A stretch of 64,000 bases of DNA. It comes from an uncultured delta proteobacterium (lineage in GTDB: Bacteria; Myxococcota_A; UBA9160; SZUA-336). Shown piece after piece: positions 16,511-25,800 of the stretch. The notes beneath the pieces were generated by a model. It did not search any database. It saw nothing but the letters and a program-made list of their open reading frames with translations, and had not been told where the DNA came from. The stretch is from NCBI GenBank assembly GCA_963704165.1, contig CAVPHD010000003.1, forward strand, positions 192,001-256,000, in the 5' to 3' direction. How positions within the stretch are numbered: the stretch's first letter is position 1; every line of letters starts with the position of its first letter. The position numbers and the translations under genes are program-made.

Positions 16511-17613
16511 AACTTGATCACCGAGCGGATCGCGGATCCGTCGTGCATCGAGTCGAAGGCTTCGTTGATGCGCTCGAGCGGAAGCTCTGCGGTGACCATC
16601 TCGTCGAGCTTGATCTTTCCGCTCATGTAGCGATCGACGAAGCGGGGGAGTTGCGTGCGGCCCTTCGTGCCACCGAAGGCGGTGCCACGCCACGAGCGCC
16701 CGGTGACGAGCAGGAAGGGTCTCGCGTGGATCTCCTGCCCCGCCCCCGCGACCCCGATGATGATCGCCTGCCCCCAGCCGCGGCTCGTGCAGGCGAGCGC
16801 CTGGCCCATCACGTCGACGTTGCCGATGCATTCGAACGAGTAGTCCACGCCGCCGTCGGTCATCGACACGATCGCGGCGGCAACGTCCGCGACGTCCGTC
16901 GGATTCAGGAAGTCCGTCGCGCCCAGGCTTTTCGCGAGCTCGAACTTCCGCGGATTGAGATCGATCCCGATGATGCGCTCGGCTCCGGCCATCACCGCGC
17001 CTTGAACCACGGAGAGACCGATGCCTCCGAGGCCGAAGACCGCGACGGACGCCCCCGGCTCGACCTTTGCCGTGTGGAGCACCGCGCCGATTCCCGTCGT
17101 GACACCGCAACCGAGCAGGCAGATGCGGTCGAGCGGCGCGTCCGAGCGAACCTTCGCGAGCGCGATCTCCGGAACGACGGTGTACTCGCCGAACGTCGAT
17201 GTGCCCATGTAGTGGTGTAGGCGTTTTCCGCGCGCGGAGAGGCGACTCGATCCGTCGGGCATCAGGCCCCTGCCCTGCGTCTCGCGGATCCGCGCGCAGA
17301 GGTTCGTCCTGCCGGAGAGGCAGAACCGGCACTCACGGCACTCCGGGATGTAGAGCGGAATCACGTGGTCCCCGACCGAGAGCGAGCGGACTCCGGCGCC
17401 GACCTCGACCACCTCGCCCGCGCCTTCGTGACCGAGCACCGCGGGGAACAAGCCTTCCGGATCCTTTCCCGACAGCGTGTACGCGTCCGTGTGGCAGACC
17501 CCGGTTGCCGACAACCGGACCAGGCACTCGCCTTCGCGAGGGCCCTCGAGGTCGATCTGCTCGACTTCGAGCTTCTTCCCCGGCTCCCATGCCACGGCCG
17601 CCCTGATCTTCAC
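16507..17613 (-). CDS. frmA: S-(hydroxymethyl)glutathione dehydrogenase / class III alcohol dehydrogenase
   Basis: [50 protein letters not shown]. Confidence 0.95.
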   Translation of the reverse strand: MKIRAAVAWEPGKKLEVEQIDLEGPREGECLVRLSATGVCHTDAYTLSGKDPEGLFPAVLGHEGAGEVVEVGAGVRSLSVGDHVIPLYIPECRECRFCLSGRTNLCARIRETQGRGLMPDGSSRLSARGKRLHHYMGTSTFGEYTVVPEIALAKVRSDAPLDRICLLGCGVTTGIGAVLHTAKVEPGASVAVFGLGGIGLSVVQGAVMAGAERIIGIDLNPRKFELAKSLGATDFLNPTDVADVAAAIVSMTDGGVDYSFECIGNVDVMGQALACTSRGWGQAIIIGVAGAGQEIHARPFLLVTGRSWRGTAFGGTKGRTQLPRFVDRYMSGKIKLDEMVTAELPLERINEAFDSMHDGSAIRSVIKF

Positions 17614-17727
17614 GAACGTCCCTCCCGCTCGGCGCGGCGATGATACCAGCCGAGACCGGGGGTTTTTACCGAACTTTGACGCGCGGAGGGCGCGTCCCCG
17701 ATGGCGCGACCCTACCTTGTGCTCCCA

Positions 17728-18822
17728 ATGGCAAGTCCTGAAGCGTCTCCAGAGGCTGAAGCGGTAGAGTCCGGTCCCACGATCACCGACGTGATCAAGA
17801 TCCTGCCCGAGCACGTCTATCACAACCCGACGAGCCTGGGCTTGATCTACTTCGCGCGCGACGCCGCGCTCTATCTGGGCTTGATCGCCCTGCTCGTGGT
17901 GGTCGAGTCGCCCTTCCTACTGGTCCCACTCTGGGTGCTCACCGCGCTCACCACGGCCGCCCTCTTCATCCTGGCGCACGACGCCGCCCATGACTCGCTC
18001 TTCGCGAGCAAGCGCCTGAACTATGTGATCGGGCAGATCTGCATGCTGCCGTCACTCCACGTCCTCGAGGCCTGGGTGCTCGGGCACAACCGGATTCACC
18101 ACGGGCACACGGTGCGCGAGGGAATGGACTACGTCTGGCACCCTGCGACGCCGGAGAACTACCGGTCGATGACGCCGACGCAGCGCGCGATGCACCGCCT
18201 GAAGTGGTCCTGGCTCGGCGCCGGCGTGTACTACGGCTGGGACATCTGGTGGAAGAGCATGATGAACTTCACGCCTCCCGCGAAGATCGCGGCGAACGTG
18301 AAGCGTGACCGGACGATCGTCTGGACGTACGCGGCCGTGCTGAGCCTGGTATTGCTCGGTGCCGGCGCATTCCAGTACGGCGGGATCGGCGGCGCGCTGT
18401 GGATGTGGACGAAGGTCTTCGCCGTGCCGTTCCTGCTCTGGAACTACGTGATCGGCATCGCCGTCTACGTTCACCACATCGCGCCCGACATCGCCTGGCA
18501 GAGTCGCCGCGAGTGGACTCGCTTCAAGGGCCAGATGGAGGGGACGACGATCCTTCACGTACCCGCGTGGATGAACTTCTTCATGCACAACATCATGCTG
18601 CACGTCCCCCACCACGTGGACATGCGGATTCCGTTCTACCGCCTGCCGGAGGCCTGCGAGGCGATCCGCAGCGGATACGGCGACGTCGTGCGCGAGCGGA
18701 GCTTCCAGCTTTCCGACTACCGGCGCACGACCCGCGTCTGCAAGCTGTACGACTTCGAGACGCACAGCTGGCATGGCTACGACGTTGCGAACGAGGCGCC
18801 CGAGCTAGTCACGCAAGCGTAG
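17728..18822 (+). CDS. Membrane fatty acid desaturase (delta-12/DesA-like)
   Basis: Three His boxes HDAAH, HNRIHH and HVPHH; IPFYRL; TM segments. Alternative start 17701. Confidence 0.88.
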   Translation: MASPEASPEAEAVESGPTITDVIKILPEHVYHNPTSLGLIYFARDAALYLGLIALLVVVESPFLLVPLWVLTALTTAALFILAHDAAHDSLFASKRLNYVIGQICMLPSLHVLEAWVLGHNRIHHGHTVREGMDYVWHPATPENYRSMTPTQRAMHRLKWSWLGAGVYYGWDIWWKSMMNFTPPAKIAANVKRDRTIVWTYAAVLSLVLLGAGAFQYGGIGGALWMWTKVFAVPFLLWNYVIGIAVYVHHIAPDIAWQSRREWTRFKGQMEGTTILHVPAWMNFFMHNIMLHVPHHVDMRIPFYRLPEACEAIRSGYGDVVRERSFQLSDYRRTTRVCKLYDFETHSWHGYDVANEAPELVTQA

Positions 18823-20587
18823 CCCGAGCTCCTTGAGCTGAGCGTCATCGACGGCGCTCGGCGACTCCATGAAGCTGTCCTGTGCGCGCTGCGTTTTCGG
18901 AAAAGCGAGCACGTCCCGCAGGCTCTCGCCCCCGGCGAGCATCAGCGCGAAACGGTCGAAGCCGAATGCGAATCCGCCGTGCGGCGGCGCTCCGGTGTCG
19001 AGCGCGTCGAGCATGAATCCGAAACGCGCCCGTGCTTCCGCCTCGGAGTACCCGAGGATCTCGAGGATCTTGAGCTGCACGTCGGAGCGGTGATTTCGCA
19101 GGCTACCGGAGCCGAGCTCGACACCGTTCAAGACCAGATCGTAGTGCGTGGCCACGACGCTCCTCGGATCCGTGTCGAGCTTGTCGAGATCGCTTTCGAG
19201 CGGTGCGACGAACGGCATGTGCATGTAGGTCAGCTTGCCGCCCTCCCCCTCCTCGAAGAGCGGAAAGCCGACGACGAAGTGGGGATCCCACGCCCGGCCA
19301 TCGTATCGATCGAGCTTCTGACCGAGGTCGAGGCGTAGTCGGCCGAGCACGTCGGAGACGATCGTCTCCCGGTCCGCGCCGAACAGGATCACCGAGCCGG
19401 GTCGCAGACCGGGCCCGTGCACCGATCGCCGCCTTCTCGTCGTCGGAGAGGAACTTCGCGATCGGTGACTGCCACGTTCCATCGTCGCCGACCCTCACCC
19501 AGGCCAGCCCCTTGGCACCGAAGCCACGCGCCTGCTCGTTCAGCCGATCGAGCTCGCTGCGGGTGAGCGCACTCGCGTCGTGGATCGGCAGTCCGCGTAC
19601 GACACCACCCGCCGAGAGCGCGCCGGCGAAGACCTTGAACTCGCTTGCGGCGAGCAGGTCCGAGAGCTCGACGATTTCGAGCTGGATGCGCCGCTCCGGT
19701 TTGTCGGAGCCGTAACGCGCCATCGCGTCCGCGTACTCGATGCGCGGAAACGGACGCTCGAGCTCCACGCCGAGCACGTCGCGGAACGCGCGTACGGTCA
19801 GGTGCTCGAGCAGATCGAGCACGTCGTCCATGCCGACGAACGACAGCTCCAGATCGAGCTGCGTGAACTCGAGCTGCCGATCGGCGCGTTGATCTTCGTC
19901 GCGGAAGCAGCGCGCGAGCTGGAAGTACGAGTCGAAGCCCGCGACCATCAGCATCTGCTTCAAGATCTGGGGTGACTGCGGGAGCGCGAAGAAACTGCCG
20001 TGGTGCATTCGGCTCGGCACGAGGAAGTCACGCGCGCCCTCGGGCGTGGCGCGCGCCAGGATCGGCGTCTCGATCTCGGTCAGCCCGCGCTCGGCGCAAC
20101 CGAGCCTCATCGACTGCGCGAGTTCGTGGCGCACCCGGAGACGTCTCTGCATTGCCGGACGTCGCAGGTCGTGGATTCGGTACTTGAGACGACTGCTCTC
20201 GTCGAGCTGCACGTCGTCCTCGATCTCGAACGGCGGCGTCGTGGCCGTGTTGAGGATGCGAACCTCGTGCGCGATCAGCTCGACCGCGCCCGTCGGCAGG
20301 TTCGGGTTCACGACGTCCGCGTCCCTGCGGGCGAGCACACCCCGCACGATCAGCACCCACTCGGCTCGCACCGCCTGCGCCTTGGCGTGTGCCTCGGGCT
20401 CTGCGTCCGGCTTGAAGACGACCTGCGCGATCCCGCTCCGGTCGCGCAGATCTACGAAGATCACGCCGCCGTGGTCGCGCCGCTTTCGCACCCAGCCGCA
20501 GAGAACCACTTCGCGGCCGACGTCGCTCGGTCGCACCTCTCCACAGAAATGTGTTCTGCGCAGATCGCCGAGTGGATCGAGTTGCAA
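18805..20587 (-). CDS. aspS: Aspartate--tRNA ligase (probably non-discriminating Asp/Asn); one extra base near 19412
   Basis: N-part (RTHFCG, RRDHGG, TPEGARDF, ARCFRDEDQRADRQ) and C-part (YDLVLNGVELGSGS, PPHGG, FPKTQ) join if one base is removed from GCCC-GGT. Confidence 0.93.
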
Positions 20588-20662
20588 GGAGGCTCCCTCT
20601 GCCGCGTCGGACGCTTCGGCGCGCGGAGCCTACCAAGGCCCCGCGGGCGGGTCAAAGTCCGG

Positions 20663-22057
20663 CTATCCCCGCGACGATGAGAGGTCGTCCGCCGAGCAGA
20701 CGTGATCGCGCCCGAGCGCCTTCGCGAGGTACATCGCCTTGTCGGCCAGATCGAGCAGCCGCTCGCGACTGTCCCCGTGCGTCGGAAACGTCGCCACGCC
20801 GACGGAGATCGTGAGCCGCAAGTCGAGCCCGCGCTCGGCTCCGAACGAGTGGCTGGCCACCGACTGGCGAATTCGGTCCGCGACCGAGAGCGCGCCCTCG
20901 AGTCCGGTATCGACGAGCAGGATCGTGAACTCGTCGCCGCCGTACCGTCCGACCGTGTCGATCGCTCGCACGGAATCCTGCAGCAGCACGCCGAGCTCGC
21001 GCAGCACGCGCGAGCCGACGAGGTGCCCGAATCGGTCGTTCACCGTCTTGAATCGATCGAGATCGAGGAAGAGCACGGAAAGGCGGTTCTGCGAACGCGA
21101 TGCGCGGTTGACCTCACGGTCGAGCGCGGAGAGCAGGTACCGCGCGTTGTAGAGCGAGGTGACGTCGTCGATGAAGGCCTTCTCGCGCGCGTGGAGGAAG
21201 CGCTCGGCGTTGATCAATGCGAGCTCCGCCTGCTCGATCACGAGCTCGGCGCGTTCGCCCTCGTCGTCGTCGAACGGCCGGCCGTCCGAGAAGACCCAGA
21301 TGCCTCCGATCACGCGACCCTCGCTGCGAATCGGCAGCGCCAGGAGATCGGCGTCCACGATTCCCATGCCCTCGAGGGTGGCCGCATGGGCATCGCCGCT
21401 TCGGACCTCCGGCCGCTCGAGCTCGGACGGGTCGAAGATCTTGCCGAGCTCGATCTCCGCGCGAAGCGCGGTCAACTGCTCGGGCGAGAACCCGACGATC
21501 TCGACGCCCTCGCCGGTGTGGGCGGCCAGCTCGACGAGTCGGCCGACGGCACGGCTGCGCCCGGTGAGGCGAAGCACGATGTCGAGAGCCAGGGGCAGCA
21601 CGTCGCCGCTCTCGAGGCAGGCAGCGAGTACGCGTGCGGCCTCGAACGCCTGAATGCGGCCGCGCAGCGACAGGTTCTCGTCCATCAGACGCCGGCGGAG
21701 CAGGGTCCGCTTCACGCCGTAGGTGATCTCGGAGGCCGAGACCGGTTTGCGCAGGTAGTCTGCCGCGCCAAGACGCATGGCCTGGAGCGCGCTCTCGAGC
21801 GACGCGTATCCGGTCAGGACCACGACCTCGGTCCGCGGCGATGCACGCTTCACGCGCTCGAGCAGCTCGAGCCCGTCCATCTCTCGCATCGAGAGATCGG
21901 TGATCACCAGGTCGAATGGGCCCTCGTCACCGAGGCGGGACAGCGCCTCCCGGCCGCTCGCAGCCGTCGCGACGCGGAAGCCCTCCTGGACCAGCGCGTC
22001 GCGCGTCATCTCGCGTATCAGGCGGTCGTCATCGACCACCAGCACCCGCTTGTCCAT
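20663..22057 (-). CDS. Response regulator diguanylate cyclase (REC-GAF-GGDEF)
   Basis: Receiver VLVVDDD..TDLSM..LRKP; GAF-like middle; RAID I-site (RxxD) before RYGGDEF. Confidence 0.93.
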   Translation of the reverse strand: MDKRVLVVDDDRLIREMTRDALVQEGFRVATAASGREALSRLGDEGPFDLVITDLSMREMDGLELLERVKRASPRTEVVVLTGYASLESALQAMRLGAADYLRKPVSASEITYGVKRTLLRRRLMDENLSLRGRIQAFEAARVLAACLESGDVLPLALDIVLRLTGRSRAVGRLVELAAHTGEGVEIVGFSPEQLTALRAEIELGKIFDPSELERPEVRSGDAHAATLEGMGIVDADLLALPIRSEGRVIGGIWVFSDGRPFDDDEGERAELVIEQAELALINAERFLHAREKAFIDDVTSLYNARYLLSALDREVNRASRSQNRLSVLFLDLDRFKTVNDRFGHLVGSRVLRELGVLLQDSVRAIDTVGRYGGDEFTILLVDTGLEGALSVADRIRQSVASHSFGAERGLDLRLTISVGVATFPTHGDSRERLLDLADKAMYLAKALGRDHVCSADDLSSSRG

Positions 22058-22189
22058 CGCTTCGCGCCCCCCGCTCGCGTCGCTCCTCCGCGCTCGATCG
22101 GCTCGCGCGATCGGTAGCTTGATGGCGGAGTTGCGCGCGCGAGAGGCGGCGATGGCGCGACCGGACACGCCTGTCCCCGGGCGAAGCGC

Positions 22190-22819
22190 TCAGCCGTCCT
22201 CGCCCGCCCCGCGGATCACGACGCGGCGCCCCTCGATGCGCAGCCGCCCTCGCGCGTGGAGCTCGATCGCCATCGGGTAGAGCTCGCGCTCGACGGCGGC
22301 GACGCGATCGCCGAGCGAGGTCGGGGTGTCGTCCTCGCGAACGTCGATCGCCCGCTGCAGGATGATCGGTCCGGTGTCGTACTGCTCGTCGCAATAGTGG
22401 ATCGTCGCGCCGGTGACCTTCGCGCCGTACTCGAGTACCGCTCGGTGCACACGCTCGCCGTAGAACCCCTTGCCACAGAAGGCGGGGATCAGGGACGGGT
22501 GCGTGTTCATCGTGCGCCCGTTGTAGCCGCGAAGCTCGATTCGCGACAGGAATCCGGCGAGCACCAGGAGATCCGGAGGATCCTGCGCGAGCACCTCATG
22601 GATCGCGTCGTTGAAGGCACGTTCGTCGTCGAAGGCACGTCGCGCGATTCCGTACGCCGGGATCTGGTGGCGCCGGGCGCGCTCGAGTCCGAATGCATCG
22701 GGTTTCGACGAGATCACCGCGGTCAGATCGACGTCGAGGCGGCCGCGGGCGCGCTCCGCGATCAGGTTCTCGAGCGTCGTCCCGCCCCCGGAGAGGAGCA
22801 CCGCGATGCGAAGCGCCAT
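22190..22819 (-). CDS. purN: Phosphoribosylglycinamide formyltransferase
   Basis: LLSGGGTT, LVLAGF, NTHPSLIPAF, GATIHYCDEQYDTGPII. Confidence 0.95.
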   Translation of the reverse strand: MALRIAVLLSGGGTTLENLIAERARGRLDVDLTAVISSKPDAFGLERARRHQIPAYGIARRAFDDERAFNDAIHEVLAQDPPDLLVLAGFLSRIELRGYNGRTMNTHPSLIPAFCGKGFYGERVHRAVLEYGAKVTGATIHYCDEQYDTGPIILQRAIDVREDDTPTSLGDRVAAVERELYPMAIELHARGRLRIEGRRVVIRGAGEDG

Positions 22820-22836
22820 ATCTCCCCCCGAAACGC

Positions 22837-22873
22837 GAAGGCGCCTCCGGGCCTGGGGCCGAGAGGCGCCTTC
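22837..22873. terminator. Stem-loop downstream of the giant OMP gene (terminator or processing hairpin)
   Basis: GAAGGCGCCTC ... GAGGCGCCTTC, a perfect 11-bp stem about 20 nt after the 22895 stop; U-tail weak. Confidence 0.6.
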
Positions 22874-22894
22874 TTCAGTTCTCCGATCGCGCCA

Positions 22895-25800
22895 CTAGAA
22901 CGTGTAGCGAATCCGGAGCTCGGCCATGTCGCGATACAGAACCGGCGCGACGCCGCGGAAGACCGGGCTCTTGTAGTCCGAAACCGAGCCGTACTGCGCG
23001 ATCGGGTAGTACGAGCCCTGCTGCTTGTAGACGTGACCGAAGAACTGCGTGAACCCGATGCTCGTCGAGAACTTGTCGTTCCAGCGGTACGAGAGACCGG
23101 TGATCAACGCGCCCTGTGACTCCCAAGGTGCGTACAGGAGCGTCACGCGCGGAGCGAGGCGGTCCTGGAAGTAGCCGGTGAAGAACGTGAACGCGACGTT
23201 GCCGGTGATCGGAGCCCCCGCATACCCGTAGTTGCCGTCCTGACCACCCTCGCTGCCGTCGTAGTCCGGCAGGTAGCGCAGGAACATCTGCAGATTCAGG
23301 AAGAAGCTGCGGTTCGGGTTCAGGAAGTTGAAGAACGTCGGGCGATCGACGGAGACCGAGAGCACCAGCTCGTCGGTCTGCGACAGTCCCTCGTATTCGG
23401 TGTTGTTCGGGATCAGCTTGTTCGCCATCCACGAGAACTCGATGCCCCAGCTGGTCTTCGTGACGTCTTCGGCGAAGTCGAGACCGAAACCGAAGACGTT
23501 GCGCTTCTGGTAGTTGAAGACCATCTGGCGTCCGCCCTGCCAGAGGAAATCGCGGCGCCCGTAGCGGCCGTCACCGCCCGCCTTTCGGACCGGCAGGGTC
23601 TGCGTCGTCGCGCTGAGGATTCCCGCGACGCCTCTGCAGAAGACCGGTGAGCGAGGCGGCAAGCCGTTCGGGAACAGCGCGGCGAAGTTCTCCGAGCCCA
23701 CGCCTTCGTCGGCGCGGTACGGGCTGTACTGCACGCCGTCCTGGAGCGTGTCTCCGGGGATGCCGCTGCCGCAGAGGATGTTGTCGTCGGTGATCGGACC
23801 GGGAAGGTAGTCGTCCTGCCCGTCCCAGACCGCATCGCGGTTTCGGTCGAGATCGGCGCTGAGATCGCCGTCCAGGTCGCGACCGCGATTCGTCTGGCTT
23901 CCGAACTCCCCGAGCAGCGCATTGCGCTGCGCCACGCTCATCTGCACGTACTCCGGACCGTAGGGCGTGTCGATCGCCACCACCTGCGAGGCGAGCAGCC
24001 GGCGAAGCGTCGAGAGTCCCTCGGTCTGCTGCAGGTACTGCAGCTTCGCGAGATTCACGAGCCGGTTGACTCCGGTCCCGATCGGAGGCTGATTCGGGTC
24101 GCTGGGATTGTTGGGGTCGGCGACCGTGACGATCTCGACGGCGAAGCCGATCGGCATCGCGAGAACCAGCGACTTGCCCTCGGCCTTCGCGTCCCGCGGA
24201 TCGACGAGGACGCTGTTCACGCCTAGATAGCACCACTGCGACGAACAGCTCTCCTGTGGATCGTACGCGAGCAGGAAGTCCCGACCGGCAACTCGGGGAT
24301 CGGCCCCTCCGGGCACCGGAACGTCCACGATCTGGTAGTCGGCGGAGACGTTGGGATCCGACAGCGGCGCGGAGACGACGTCGAAATCGACCTCTTCGTC
24401 GTCGAAGACGTACTGGTTGCGAGCGAAGATGCCGTCCGGGCCGGCGATCGGATCGCCCGTCGCCTGGAGCGACGTATTGGACTGCGACCAGTAGCTGAGC
24501 TCCTGCAAGCTCTCCGGCGGATCGAAGACACGATCGGCGCCGATGATCTCGAGCGAGATCAGCAGCCGCTCGAAGTTCGCCGAAACCGTCTCGAGCGAGG
24601 TGCAGCCGAGGTTGAACGGGGTGGCGACGAGTCCCGCGTTCTCGGAGTTCATCCAGCGCGAACAGTATTCGCCGTCGATGTCGGAGTAGTCGATGTTCGC
24701 GAGGTCGTTCGGATCCTGGTTCGGGTCGATCAGGTTCCACTTGTTCAACGGGCTGTCGAGGTCGAGCGGGTTGTTCGGATCCGTGTTGAAGACGATCGCG
24801 CCGAACTTGTCGAGCATCTCCTGGTTGACGGTCCAGGGCATCGGCTCGATCCAGCTGTCCGCCTCGCGAATGTTGCCCGGCTGGATCTGGTACTCCGCAC
24901 GGCCGGTCGTCCCGAGGTTGATCACGTCCTGCGGCGTGAGCCCGAGGTACTCACCGCTCTCGATGTTCCCGACCGGCGACGGAGGGCTGTTCTGCACGCC
25001 CTGGCGCGTGAAGTCGGCATCGATGTCCATGCTCTGCTGCCCGTTGCGGCTGTAGTTCAGCCCGTACTGGTAGTAGAGCTTGTACTGGTTGTTCAGTCGC
25101 GTTCCGACGAGCGCACCGGGCGAGAGCGCCTTCAGGCCGACGAACTCCTGGGTCACCACGCTCGCGTCGGCGTTCATCAGGTCGATGCCGCCGAGCTTCG
25201 ACACGCCCAGCTCCGCGTCGCGCGTGAGATCCGTCGTGATCGAGGGATCGGCGGCCCAGAGCGCCTGCTGCTCGACGCTGCACGGCGAGGCGTAGGAAGG
25301 TCCGCAGCCGAGCAGGCTGGCCTGTCCCGGCACCAGGCTGACGCCGAGATCTTGATACTGGCCGTCCTGCAGGGCGAGCGGCTCGATCGCGAGGAACTGC
25401 TGCTTGAGGAAATCCATGTCGGTGCGGTTGATGACGCTGGTGCTGCCGTCGAGCTCGACGGCCTGGATCGTCTCGACACCGTCGAGGAGCACGGCACCGA
25501 GGGAACCGAGGCCGGAGATGATGTTCGAGAGCAGGCCGAAGTCGGTCGGGAAGTTCAGCCGGTCGAACGCGCAGAACCCTTCGTCCGAATCGAACGTGTA
25601 GGCGCACAGGGAATGGAAGAGCGTCTGGTTGATGTTCTGGAGCGCCGCCACCCCATCGGTGCTGCGCAGCGTCTGCTGTCCGTCGGGCGTGTCGGGCGGA
25701 TTCCAGAGCAGGCAGTTGCCGGCGCTCGGGAAGATGTTGTCGCCGGTCGTGTCGGCTCGTCCGTCCGGACCGACGGCCTGACCCTCGTCATTCGTGCGAA

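Noticed and set aside
19405..19420. Programmed frameshifting in aspS (and hslU, argF, gmd)
   Set aside because: No slippery heptamer or stimulatory structure is evident, and several unrelated genes are affected, which fits sequencing error better.
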